Shown: positions 9,525 to 18,593 of the stretch, piece after piece | Numbering within the stretch: the stretch's first letter is position 1 | Layout: each line of letters starts with the position of its first letter | Assembly (NCBI GenBank): GCA_000092065.1 | Contig: CP000588.1 | DNA from: Ostreococcus lucimarinus | Taxonomy: Eukaryota | Direction: 5' to 3' (one strand) | Length of the DNA stretch: 64,000 nt | Notes under the pieces: model-generated | Seen by the model: only the letters and a program-made list of their open reading frames with translations | Databases searched by the model: none | What the model was told of the DNA's origin: nothing | Translations under genes and position numbers: made by a program

Positions 9525-11837
9525 ATGTCTTCGCACCGCTCGTCGTCCGCGTCGCGTCGCGCGTCGTCGCGTCGCGCCTCGAGCGATGCGAGCACGTCGC
9601 AACGGTCATGGAGTGAATCGTCACGGAGCGACGGCGATGGCGACGCCGCGCCGCACTATCGCAACGCGCGCGATCCGCCGTTGCGCCAAGGCGTGTCTCG
9701 CGTCACCGTCAGCGCCGATAATCTGTCGAACGAGAGCGAGTGGGAGACGATGAAAATCACCGCGAGCGCGGCGGCGAGAGGCGCGGCGACGACGGCGGCG
9801 CGGCGACGACGATTCTGCGCGGCGGTGCGTCGGATGGCGGGCACGAAGCGTGGAATATACGAAATAATGCGAAGTCCAGGGGCGGTGAGCGCGCTTCGGC
9901 GGTTGATGAGCGACGAGGACGTGGATTGTCGACGAGGGGCGTGCGAGGCGGTGAGCGAATTGGCGAAGACGCCATTCGGCGCCGCATTACTGTGCAGCAC
10001 CGACGCGCAGTTGAAAGAGGCCTGGGGAACGGTGCGGACGTGGGAGTGGAAGATGGCGCTAGCGAGGATAAAGCGGACATTTGGGTATAAAACGTACGCG
10101 CAGTGCTTGGCGGCGTTCGCGACGTCGACGTCGTTACCACTCAAGGCATCCGGGGAAGCCGTTGACAAGTACTTGTCGCGGCAGGTGTTTTTTCCATTAC
10201 AGTCCAACTTTTCGCCGACGTTTCGCGATGAGACGCACGCGTTAGAGTCGTTGTCTAAAGTTTTGAGTCGACCGGACGACAAGCCCGAGGTGTTGTACGC
10301 CGCCCTGAGCGCCTTGGACACGTTGTTATCAACGGTGAATTTCTCGGCTGAAGTCATCCCGTTGGTGAATCAATCGACTTACGCGACGGCGCAGCGCTTG
10401 TCGAAAGCGACGGAAACGAGTTTAGCCGCACTCGACCCCGTGGAGGCTTTCATGGGTTCGGACTGGACTGAGGCTGTTCGTGGCCCCGGGTGCGTCGGCA
10501 CCGTCGTAATGTTGTTCAAGCGTTGGGTGTTGAAGACCGATGAAAGCACCGTTGACGGAGACGAAGCCAGCGAGCGCGAGGAAGAAGACGAAGATGACAG
10601 AGAAGCCATACGGCGACGAAATGACAAAGCCGTGCTTTCAGTGACACAATTCAAATTAGACCGAAGATTGATGGTGCTCGCGTCGCACAAGACGGACGCA
10701 ATCATCAGAGAAGACGCGAGCCGCATCTTATACGAAGCGACGCTGAATTGCGAAAACAAGAGCGTCGGCAAGCGAGTGTTTGAAATGCTCGTCAGTAGCG
10801 ACAGTGTTCTACGCGCGAGTACGCTTTCGTGGATGGCGTACTTGTTCGTACAACATGTGCGAACCGTGCGCGCTTTTGTTTCGATCGACGAAAACGAGAT
10901 ATGGCCTTTGACGAAGACGGTGCGATACTTGCTTTCGGACGACGTGCTGCGTTCGGCGAGCAGAGGGCTGTCGGAACAAGAAGAGTCCATACGCTTGGGC
11001 GCCACGCGAATGCTTCGCGCCGCGTGGGATGCGGTATCAGTTAAGCCATCAGCCATGCCGGAAAAAAGCGAAGAAAACCCAGCGATCTTTGTCGACGAGC
11101 GGCTTTCGTTCCCCGGATCCCACGAGCGCTGGCTCGTCTTTGTGAATAGCGGCGCCGTAGCCGCGCTTTGCGACATGCAGCTCAGTCGGGCGATAGGGGC
11201 GTCGCAGCTTGCGGATTCCACGCTCGATCACCTCGTGAAAACCGAGCCTGCGGCGATGCAGTATTTGCTATCGCGCAACAAGCAGCCGAGTGCGGCGGAG
11301 AAGCGCGAGGTGATTCGACAAAAGGTTGAACATCACAAGGCGGATTTCCCTCGCTCGAGGGTGGTTGAAACGCAGACGCTGCCCGCGGAAGAGGAATCGC
11401 CGCCGACACCAACCGACGCCCAAGACAGTCTTGAGAGCGTGAACATCGCGCCGCATCGCGCGCGGTGGCGCGAGTATAGAGAAAATCACAAGCCTATCGT
11501 CGCTAAGTTTGTTGACGTCGACAGCTTCGGAGATGACGAACTTGATCGCGAGGGGTGGCGAGCCAAAGCGGAGGACTTTATAATCGCGGGTGGATCGGCG
11601 CGAAAGAAGAAAGGTTACGAAACACATCGTGGTCCGTACGAACGGGCGGTTTTACGCGAAGGAACGCTCGGTTTGGCGGCAAAAAGCGACAAAATGCCCG
11701 TAGTGTTCTCAGCGAACCCGAACGTGGGCCCGTACGACGCCGCCGCACCGCGAAGCGCTTCGGCGAAAGTTTTCACGCGACCGAGTAAGCGACATGAGAT
11801 TCCGCGAGACGGTATCCCCTCGAACGCGAGGACCTAG
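9525..11837 (+). CDS. hypothetical protein, Ser/Arg-rich N-terminus, helical-repeat-like body
   Basis: 770-aa ORF from first ATG (MSSHRSSSASRRASSRR...). Sustained GC3-biased coding signal, no antisense competitor of similar quality. No domain I can name with confidence. Confidence 0.45.
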   Translation: MSSHRSSSASRRASSRRASSDASTSQRSWSESSRSDGDGDAAPHYRNARDPPLRQGVSRVTVSADNLSNESEWETMKITASAAARGAATTAARRRRFCAAVRRMAGTKRGIYEIMRSPGAVSALRRLMSDEDVDCRRGACEAVSELAKTPFGAALLCSTDAQLKEAWGTVRTWEWKMALARIKRTFGYKTYAQCLAAFATSTSLPLKASGEAVDKYLSRQVFFPLQSNFSPTFRDETHALESLSKVLSRPDDKPEVLYAALSALDTLLSTVNFSAEVIPLVNQSTYATAQRLSKATETSLAALDPVEAFMGSDWTEAVRGPGCVGTVVMLFKRWVLKTDESTVDGDEASEREEEDEDDREAIRRRNDKAVLSVTQFKLDRRLMVLASHKTDAIIREDASRILYEATLNCENKSVGKRVFEMLVSSDSVLRASTLSWMAYLFVQHVRTVRAFVSIDENEIWPLTKTVRYLLSDDVLRSASRGLSEQEESIRLGATRMLRAAWDAVSVKPSAMPEKSEENPAIFVDERLSFPGSHERWLVFVNSGAVAALCDMQLSRAIGASQLADSTLDHLVKTEPAAMQYLLSRNKQPSAAEKREVIRQKVEHHKADFPRSRVVETQTLPAEEESPPTPTDAQDSLESVNIAPHRARWREYRENHKPIVAKFVDVDSFGDDELDREGWRAKAEDFIIAGGSARKKKGYETHRGPYERAVLREGTLGLAAKSDKMPVVFSANPNVGPYDAAAPRSASAKVFTRPSKRHEIPRDGIPSNART

Positions 11838-11929
11838 TACACCTTAGATGAACAGTAGGTAGGATGAATTTAAGCGCACTCGATGGAAAACATCGATTAC
11901 AAAAATTTTAAATGAATCGCAGGCGACGC

Positions 11930-13132
11930 TTACATGCCGAGCGCGTTGATGTGATGACCCCACGCTAAGCCCGTCGTGAGCAGACCAAACACCAAGAACG
12001 GCTGCGCGCTTGCTTGATACTTGACGTCGTTCTTGATGGGATCCGGCAAGAAGAACTTGAACTGGAAGAAGATTTGTGGGAAGATCAAGCAAAACAAGAC
12101 GTTTGAGTACGTCTCTTCGCCGATGGCGCGCAGGTAGCACGCGACGAAGAGCTGCGTGATGTCGATCGTAGACACCGTGATCCACTTCGCCTTCTCGATG
12201 CCGAACGCCACGGGGAGCGATTGCAAGCCGAGCTCTCGGTCACCTTCGATGGACTTGAAATCGTTCACGATGGCGATGCCCAAACCGGCGATCGAGTAGA
12301 GGACGGTTAAAAACATGACGTCCGGCGTCAATTGCCCGAAAGTCGCCATACCCGCCCACCACGGCAGTGCGATGTACGACGAGCCAAGAGCGTAACACCC
12401 CTTCCAGCCCTCAGCCTTGAGCTTCAGCGGCGGCGCGCTGTAAATGTACGATATGTACGACCCGAAGAGCGACAGCGCCAACACGATTGGAAAATCGTGT
12501 TCGCACCATCGGTCGAGTTGCAGCGCGCACAACCATCCACCGACCAACAGCACCGCAATCTGCGCCTTGACTTCATTCTCCGAAATCAACCCGCTCGGGA
12601 TCGGCCTGTACGGCTCATTGATCGCATCGATCTCTCTATCGTACCAATCGTTGATCGTCTGCGTGTACCCCGTCAAAAACGGCCCGCTCATCGTCATGCA
12701 CAGCAGCGCCTTCCCGACGTTATCCAGGTTCCACTCGTAGTGCCCGCTCGCCGCCGCCCCGCACATGACGCCCCAAATCAGCGGCACCCACGTCCCCGGC
12801 TTGGTCAGCTGCACGCGAATCTTCCACACGTCGTCCGTCTCCGCCGCGCCCTTGAACCCGAGCAGCTGTCTCACGTTCCCACCGAGCTCCGTCGTCGTCA
12901 CGTCCTCCGCCGTGTTCTCCGCCTTGATGTTCGCGTCGTCATCGTTCGACGCCGCCGTTCGCGCGCGTCGTCGTCCGCGCGTCGTCGCCACCGCCGTCGT
13001 CGTCATCCTCGACGTCGCCGTCGCCATCGTCGGCGTCATCGCGCGCCCGCGCGTCGCCGTCGCGCCGCGCCGCGCCGCGCGCGGCGTCGCTCTCGGCGTC
13101 GCCGTCGTCCGCGTCGACAGCATCGCTCGCAT
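11930..13132 (-). CDS. CHLG: chlorophyll synthase (ChlG, UbiA prenyltransferase family) with plastid transit peptide
   Basis: WKIRVQLTKPGTWVPLIWGVMCGAAASG...TGYTQTINDWYDREIDAINEPYRPIPSG...YSAPPLKLK...GLGIAIVNDFKSIEGDRELGLQSLPVAFG...KYQASAQPFLVFG is near-collinear with plant/algal ChlG. N-terminal MRAMLSTRTTATPRATPRAARRG... is Thr/Ala/Arg-rich (chlorophyte-type transit peptide, no signal peptide). Confidence 0.9.
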   Translation of the reverse strand: MRAMLSTRTTATPRATPRAARRGATATRGRAMTPTMATATSRMTTTAVATTRGRRRARTAASNDDDANIKAENTAEDVTTTELGGNVRQLLGFKGAAETDDVWKIRVQLTKPGTWVPLIWGVMCGAAASGHYEWNLDNVGKALLCMTMSGPFLTGYTQTINDWYDREIDAINEPYRPIPSGLISENEVKAQIAVLLVGGWLCALQLDRWCEHDFPIVLALSLFGSYISYIYSAPPLKLKAEGWKGCYALGSSYIALPWWAGMATFGQLTPDVMFLTVLYSIAGLGIAIVNDFKSIEGDRELGLQSLPVAFGIEKAKWITVSTIDITQLFVACYLRAIGEETYSNVLFCLIFPQIFFQFKFFLPDPIKNDVKYQASAQPFLVFGLLTTGLAWGHHINALGM

Positions 13133-13325
13133 CGCGCGCGCGCGCTCGCGCGTCGTCGTCTGGCGACGTCGCGCGCGCGCGATCGTTATCCACGGCGTCG
13201 GCCCGCGATCGAACCCGAATCCGAGGTTCGCGTTCGAACCTCGCGCGAGGGTCGACGCGCGATCGTCGATCGACGCGCGCGCGGGTTCGCCGCAGACCTC
13301 GGCGCGCGCGCGCGCGCCGCGCGCG
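13133..13325. promoter_or_regulatory. 193-bp bidirectional promoter region between chlG (minus) and PRIM2 (plus) start codons
   Basis: Head-to-head ATGs at 13130-13132 (minus) and 13326 (plus); extremely GC/CpG-rich spacer. Confidence 0.5.
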
Positions 13326-14882
13326 ATGCCGCGCGCGGGCGCGGACGTCGACGTGGAGACGCTCGTGCGACGCGCGAAGACGCGGTTGAACGCGCTGTAC
13401 GGGATTCAGCACGTGCGCGCGAACGCGCGCGCGAGCGACGGGGCAAACGGCGACGACGCGTGGGCGATTCGCGACGCGGACGCGGCCGAGGTCGCGCGCG
13501 GGCTGTTCGCGGACGACGAGGTCGGCGATCGGACGTCGCTGGCGATGGTGAAGATGGCGTTCTGCGCGGTGGAGCGGAAGCGGAGGCTGGAGCGGTGGGA
13601 GTACGGGGCGGAGTGGTTGGCGCGCGCGGAGCGCGACTTGACGAAGGCGCGCGTCGAATGCGGCGAACGCGAGATACCGGCGCGGTTTTTGAAGCCGGAT
13701 TGCGACTACGCGATCGAGGAGGAGGGAGACGTGTGGATGACGTTCGAGCGGGCGGGGCGGGCGGTGGCGAGGCGAGCGGTGCGACGGATGCGAGACGGGT
13801 ACGCGTTGGTGCCGAAGCGAGAGTTGGCGGAGACGTACGCGGAGGCGGTGGCGCGAGAGATACGGGAAGATTGCGATCGGGTGTTGCGGAAGATGCACGC
13901 GTGGTTGGCGACGGGGAAGGCGCCGATGGCGTTCGATCCGAAGTGTCGATCGAACGCGCTGCGAATCGTGCGCACGTATCAGCCGGATGCGAGCGAGTTG
14001 CCGAAAATATCGGCACCCAACGGGTTCAATTTCGCAAAGGCGAGGCGCGAGCGACGTCGCGCGCAGCGTGTGGGTGGCGTGGCGCAACACGCTATTGCGA
14101 TCGAGGCCGACGGTGAAGTCGAAGCGATCATCGAGACGCGACCTGGGGCGGAATTGCGTCGCGCGCGCAAAGCGCTTGACTCAAACGTCAATCGCGACGT
14201 CGCCACGAGACCGTTTCCTCCGTGCATTCGAAACAAGATGGAAGATTTACGCCGAGATGCACACTTAAAGTGGCACGACAGGTTTCAACTCAACCTGTTC
14301 TTCAAGGGCATCGGGTTCACGGTGAACGAAGCTCTCGAGTTCTGGCGTCGCGGCGTGTTTCCGAAGGGGCGAATGAAGGCGTACCAAGGCGAGCACACGT
14401 ACGCGATTCGACACCACTACGGCTTGGAGGGCGCCATGAAAGACTACAACCCGCACAAGTGCGATTCGTTAGCAGAACTCACGGAAGGCGTGCGCACGTG
14501 CCCTTTCGTCGGTTCCGTGGAAGATTTGCGTCAGTCATCGAACTCGCGGGATTGGTACCAAGCGCTCTCGTTTGACGGCCGCGAAGCCGTCGAGTTAGCC
14601 GTACAAGCGGGCGACCGACGCGCGGCGTGCGAACGCGTCTTCGCCGATTTCCACGGCGGAATGTCGATTGGAGAAGACTTCGAATCTCCCGCCGATTACT
14701 TCGACGCATCCATGGAGATCGAGGACCAATATCGCGACAGACAAAGACGCGACGCGTTTTCGTCGAAATCCGTCGCCGCGCCGCCGCCCGACGACGACGC
14801 TCCGCCCGCACCGAGCTCCCTCCTCCCCGAACGACTTCAACTCGATATCGAAGACTCGTCGTCCGACGAAGAACCCGCCTGA
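13326..14882 (+). CDS. PRIM2: DNA primase large subunit (PriL/PRIM2) with Fe-S cluster domain
   Basis: PPCIRNKMEDLRRDAHLKWHDRFQLNLFFKGIGFTVNEALEFWRRGVF...YAIRHHYGLEG...YNPHKCDSL...CPF is the conserved PriL C-terminal 4Fe-4S region. First ATG 13326 (MPRAGADVDVETLVRRAKTRLNALYG); the track ORF start 12765 overlaps chlG on the opposite strand. Confidence 0.85.
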   Translation: MPRAGADVDVETLVRRAKTRLNALYGIQHVRANARASDGANGDDAWAIRDADAAEVARGLFADDEVGDRTSLAMVKMAFCAVERKRRLERWEYGAEWLARAERDLTKARVECGEREIPARFLKPDCDYAIEEEGDVWMTFERAGRAVARRAVRRMRDGYALVPKRELAETYAEAVAREIREDCDRVLRKMHAWLATGKAPMAFDPKCRSNALRIVRTYQPDASELPKISAPNGFNFAKARRERRRAQRVGGVAQHAIAIEADGEVEAIIETRPGAELRRARKALDSNVNRDVATRPFPPCIRNKMEDLRRDAHLKWHDRFQLNLFFKGIGFTVNEALEFWRRGVFPKGRMKAYQGEHTYAIRHHYGLEGAMKDYNPHKCDSLAELTEGVRTCPFVGSVEDLRQSSNSRDWYQALSFDGREAVELAVQAGDRRAACERVFADFHGGMSIGEDFESPADYFDASMEIEDQYRDRQRRDAFSSKSVAAPPPDDDAPPAPSSLLPERLQLDIEDSSSDEEPA

Positions 14883-14896
14883 CCCGTCGCGCGCCC

Positions 14897-14905
14897 TATA
14901 TATAG
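14897..14905 (+). promoter_or_regulatory. TATA-like box (TATATATAG) about 180 bp upstream of the 15086 ATG
   Basis: Only clear TATA-like element seen in an intergenic spacer; lies between the PRIM2 stop (14882) and the next gene. Confidence 0.3.
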
Positions 14906-15085
14906 TCTTATTAGCCTTTGCAAGTAGCCCGCGGCGCGCCGCCGCGCTTTGAAATCGCCTCGTCTCGCGGCGTCCTCACACGCGCCCTCGCCGAGGCCGC
15001 GCCCTCGCTCGCCGCCGCGCGCGATCTCGAGCGTCAACAACGCAAATGTTCGACTGATCGCGACGTGACCGCCGCCGCGCGCGCC

Positions 15086-16567
15086 ATGCCGAACGCGTGC
15101 GCGCCGTGCTGCGGGTCGAAGCCGAAGGGTGTTGGCGACGACGAGAGCGACGACGCGGGCGCGCCGGCGCCCAACTCGCTTCGCCACGTCTCGGCGACGA
15201 AAACGAAACGCACCGCGCCGAAGTCGCTGCGAAATCTGGTTCAGTACGGCGCGGGGGACGAACGCGACGCGAGCGATGATTCGGGCGCGGAGAAGGTTGA
15301 GGACGATCCGCGCGCGCAGTACGAGACGGCGACGACGCCGGCGGGGAAGCCGAAGTTTGATCCGAACAAATTTAAAAAACGCGTCGGTGATCATCTCGCG
15401 GCGAAACGCGCGCTCGAGGCGGAGCGAAGGCCGTTGCTCGAAGAAACGACGGCGCGGGTTGGTGTTGAGCCGGAGGACGAGAAGAGCGAGAGACGGGCGA
15501 AGCGAGAAGAGCGTGAACGACGGAAAGAGGCGAAAAGAGCGGCGAAAGAGGATAAGCAGAAGCAACGCGCGCGAGTCCTCAAGGCGCGGTCGACGCAGAG
15601 GCGGTGTTGGTGGATTCTCATGATCGTCGTGCTCGTCGTCATCGTGTGCGCGGGTATCATCTTCGGGGACGACGTGCATTTTAATTATTGGAGATCGAAC
15701 GCCGATCGCGTCGACGCTCGTGATGATTCGACGCAGACGCATGCGATAGATTCAAATCAGATGGACGAGCGTCCCACGACCACAGAAGATTCCACAGACG
15801 TCTCAAGGGCTGGGCTCTCTCTCGCGGATGGGCCGAAATCGCAGGATAGCTTTGACGACGACGGCGACGACGGTGATGACAGCGATGAGCACGCACGCGC
15901 GTTGGATGTCGACGGTGACGAGTACGGCGTTGATTTCAACGACCCGAGTTTGCGCACCATGGCGCCGAAGGCATGGCGAAGACGCGAGCGGGAAATAGAA
16001 AAAATAAAGCGCCGAGCGCGCTCGTCGGCAAAGGATGACGTACAGCGATTCGTTGAAGGTGCGCACCGCGAGCTCGGCGTGCGCGACGAGGAAAAAGATG
16101 CAGAAGAAGAGTACGAGGATACTCTCATCGAACGCATCGAGTCGTCACCGGGGGTGGTGATCGAAAAGAGGCGAGGCGGCGAAGACGCGTCGCGGTCGGG
16201 CGACAAAGCCGCCGAGGTATTAGCCAAATCGCAAGCGTCGATTCTGTCGCACGGATTGATACGCGACACCAAGAGTTCATCGCGCGACTTAGATAGGCTC
16301 TCGTTCGGGGACGATGTCGCCGCGGGCGGAACTGCGTCTCCGGATTCTCGCGCCGCCGCCGCGGGCGAGGCGCCAACAGCCCGGGAGGCCTCGAAGACGA
16401 AGCGAGCGGCCGACATCAAAGATGACGATTCCGATCCAGATTTCGGGCTTAGCGCAGTGTTTCGTCCGCCGAACGAGCCGGTGGTGCATGAGAGACAACC
16501 CGACGACGACGGCGCGTTCTCCGCGGCGCTTCCCAGAAGAGTGCCGCGGCGCGCGCTCGCGGCGTAA
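15086..16567 (+). CDS. hypothetical single-pass membrane protein, Lys/Glu/Asp-rich
   Basis: First in-frame ATG 15086 (track start is TTG 14918). One strong TM helix RRCWWILMIVVLVVIVCAGIIFG flanked by KR-rich and acidic low-complexity regions. TATA-like box about 180 bp upstream. Confidence 0.4.
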   Translation: MPNACAPCCGSKPKGVGDDESDDAGAPAPNSLRHVSATKTKRTAPKSLRNLVQYGAGDERDASDDSGAEKVEDDPRAQYETATTPAGKPKFDPNKFKKRVGDHLAAKRALEAERRPLLEETTARVGVEPEDEKSERRAKREERERRKEAKRAAKEDKQKQRARVLKARSTQRRCWWILMIVVLVVIVCAGIIFGDDVHFNYWRSNADRVDARDDSTQTHAIDSNQMDERPTTTEDSTDVSRAGLSLADGPKSQDSFDDDGDDGDDSDEHARALDVDGDEYGVDFNDPSLRTMAPKAWRRREREIEKIKRRARSSAKDDVQRFVEGAHRELGVRDEEKDAEEEYEDTLIERIESSPGVVIEKRRGGEDASRSGDKAAEVLAKSQASILSHGLIRDTKSSSRDLDRLSFGDDVAAGGTASPDSRAAAAGEAPTAREASKTKRAADIKDDDSDPDFGLSAVFRPPNEPVVHERQPDDDGAFSAALPRRVPRRALAA

Positions 16568-16754
16568 CATTCGATTGTGATATTAACGTTAGAAGATTAG
16601 ATATTTTGCGAGTACAACAGTCGTCTGTGCATGGTTATTGAAATGTAAGTGTGGGTCGTCGCGACGATAATAAGGCCGGCGGCGCGCGACGACTGCGTCG
16701 ATCGAATCGACGCTCGACGAATGTCTCTGCGTTTGTCGACAACCGATCGGTCGA

Positions 16755-17183
16755 TTACATGATGACGCATCCCTTCTTGCCTCCCTTACCCTCACCGATA
16801 GAGTCAAGTTTACCCCTCAAAGCGGCCAGAAGCTTATCCTTGTTCTTCCCCGTCGCGAGCTTCTTCGCGTCGTCGCCATCCTTGTTTTTAATCTTGACGT
16901 CGGCGCCCGCCGCGACCAGTCTCGCGACGTTTTCCACGTTCCCCGCGCACACGGCGTACATGAGCGCCGTCCACCCATCCTCATCCTGCGCGTTCAAGTT
17001 GCACTTCTTATCGATGATCAACTGCAGCACGTCGCCGAATCCGTGCGCCGCCGCGCTCATCGCCGGCGTCCCGCCGTCCTCCGCCGTGAGATCGAGCAAC
17101 GACGGCCCGCGTTGCATCGCCTTCAGCACGTCCACGTGTCCACCGCTCGCGGCAAACATCGCCGCCGTCTTCCCTGCATTACT
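16755..17183 (-). CDS. ankyrin-repeat protein, exon 2 (3' exon)
   Basis: Ankyrin repeats (G.TALMYAVCAGNVENVARLVAAGADVKIKNKDGD, GKTAAMFAASGGHVDVLKAM). Joins in phase 0 to exon 1 through a CAG acceptor at 17184-17186. The track ORF start at 17189 is a GTG, not ATG. Confidence 0.55.
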   Translation of the reverse strand, partial: SNAGKTAAMFAASGGHVDVLKAMQRGPSLLDLTAEDGGTPAMSAAAHGFGDVLQLIIDKKCNLNAQDEDGWTALMYAVCAGNVENVARLVAAGADVKIKNKDGDDAKKLATGKNKDKLLAALRGKLDSIGEGKGGKKGCVIM

Positions 17184-17406
17184 CTGCACGCGTTAAACCG
17201 CCACACCGCGGTCCGTCAGTCATCGCTCGCCTCCGTCTCGCTCGCGTCCGCGCCGCGCGCCGCGATCTCCAATCCCCAACCGTCCACCATCGCATCGAAT
17301 TCCCCCTTCTTCCCCCCCCGCGACGCGTTCCGCCCCTACCCGACGCCCGCGTCCGATCAAAGAATTCATCCACCATCGCGTCGCGCGCGCCTCGCTTCGG
17401 ACGCAC
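17184..17406 (-). other. spliceosomal intron (223 bp) of the ankyrin-repeat gene: GTGCGT donor, CAG acceptor, phase 0
   Basis: The upstream minus-strand ORF carries an in-frame ankyrin repeat (TGLAPLHKAAADGDLEKVIALLDDGADGNIRACGE) and runs straight into GAG|GTGCGTCC. The downstream ORF resumes the repeat (SNAGKTAAMFAASGGHVDVLKA) right after CGTGCAG|. Joining restores a continuous ankyrin repeat. Confidence 0.45.
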
Positions 17407-17538
17407 CTCTCCGCACGCCCTGATGTTCCCATCCGCGCCGTCGTCGAGCAGCGCGATCACTTTTTCGAGATCGCCGTCCGCCGCGGCTTTGTGCAGCGGC
17501 GCGAGCCCGGTGAACGTGTCGTGGTCGTTGATTCCCAT
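17407..17538 (-). CDS. ankyrin-repeat protein, exon 1 (start codon uncertain)
   Basis: MGINDHDTFTGLAPLHKAAADGDLEKVIALLDDGADGNIRACGE. ATG at 17536-17538 chosen as the nearest start upstream of the first repeat; in-frame ATGs further upstream (to 17793) cannot be excluded. Confidence 0.4.
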
Positions 17539-17804
17539 GGCGAGATTTACGCTCGATTCGTCGCCGCGTCGCGTCGCGTCGTCGTCGGCGTCGCGGCGGC
17601 GTGTGACGGTCGCGCGCGCGCGCTGACGCGGACGGCTCGACCGCGTCGGGCGGGTGTATGCGCATACAGTGAGACGCCGTGTACGCGCGTCGCGTCGCGC
17701 GATCATGGCGCGCGGCTCGTAGAGTAGCACCGATCGCGATTCGCGATCCGCCCGCGATCGCGACGCCGCGCCGCGCGTCGACGCGCCACTCATCGACGCG
17801 CGCG

Positions 17805-18278
17805 ATGCCGACGGCGGCGCTCGATCGCGCCGCGACGCTCTCCGCGCGCGCGCGCGTCGCCGCGACGCCGCGCCGACGCGCGCGCGCGACGACGACGACG
17901 ATTCGACGACGACGAACGCGCGGCGCGACGACGACGCGCGCGTCGAACGCGGACGACGCGCAGCGATGGATCGACGCGTGGACGAAAAAAACCGGCGCGA
18001 CGACGACGACGGCGACGACGACGGGAACGATCGGGGCGCTGGACGCGATGCTGCCCGCCGAGGCGGCGCCGGCGGCGGCGCCGCCGGCGCCGGCGAGCGC
18101 GCCGCGCGAGCGCAAACCGGGAGAGATCTCGCCGGAGATGCGGAAAAAGTTGCTGGGCGAGAGCGTCGGGCTGGGAGGATTGCCGGAGAAGCCGATGCCG
18201 TCGAACATTTTCTTGAACGTCATACTGGGGGTGACGCTGATCGTGGTGGTGGCGTACGCGGGGGGGATCCGGCCGTGA
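17805..18278 (+). CDS. small C-terminally anchored membrane protein with transit-peptide-like N-terminus
   Basis: First ATG 17805 (track start 17679 is GTG). N-terminus MPTAALDRAATLSARARVAATPRRRARATTTT is Ala/Arg/Thr-rich. C-terminus EMRKKLLGESVGLGGLPEKPMPSNIFLNVILGVTLIVVVAYAGGIRP has a single TM helix next to the stop. Codons GC3-biased. Family not recognised. Confidence 0.35.
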   Translation: MPTAALDRAATLSARARVAATPRRRARATTTTIRRRRTRGATTTRASNADDAQRWIDAWTKKTGATTTTATTTGTIGALDAMLPAEAAPAAAPPAPASAPRERKPGEISPEMRKKLLGESVGLGGLPEKPMPSNIFLNVILGVTLIVVVAYAGGIRP

Positions 18279-18451
18279 CGCGGCGGCGGCGCGAGCGCGC
18301 GAATGTAATGCGATAAAGCGCGATCGAAGACGATTCCGATGGATGATGTCGACGCCTTCGGTGACTCGAGTCCGCGTCGGCGCCGTCGCGAATTTCGCCG
18401 CGTCGATTACGTCGCCGAGCGTCGAGCGCCGCACACGCCGCCGCGACCTCC

Positions 18452-18502
18452 ATGAGCGCGCGCCGCGACGTCGACGCGCGTCACGCGTCGACGTCCGAAA
18501 AG
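18452..18502 (+). CDS. putative 17-codon 5' micro-exon of the JmjC demethylase gene (inferred)
   Basis: ATG 18452 opens MSARRDVDARHASTSEK and ends at AAG|GTGCGC (donor at 18503). A phase-0 join to the CAG acceptor at 18591-18593 continues DSERKPSRTTTADIASAPTFRPTLEEF (JmjN). Confidence 0.25.
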
Positions 18503-18593
18503 GTGCGCCACGCGATGCCGCGCGAGTCCGCGCCGCGCCGCGCCGCGCCGCGCGCGCGAACCGTCGACTGACGCGCGATACCGACGACGGCAG

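Noticed and set aside
17679-17804. GTG-initiated start (MYARRVARSW...) for the small tail-anchored protein
   Set aside because: There is no ATG at 17679, and the region overlaps the possible 5' end of the divergent ankyrin gene. The first in-frame ATG (17805) already provides a transit-peptide-like N-terminus.
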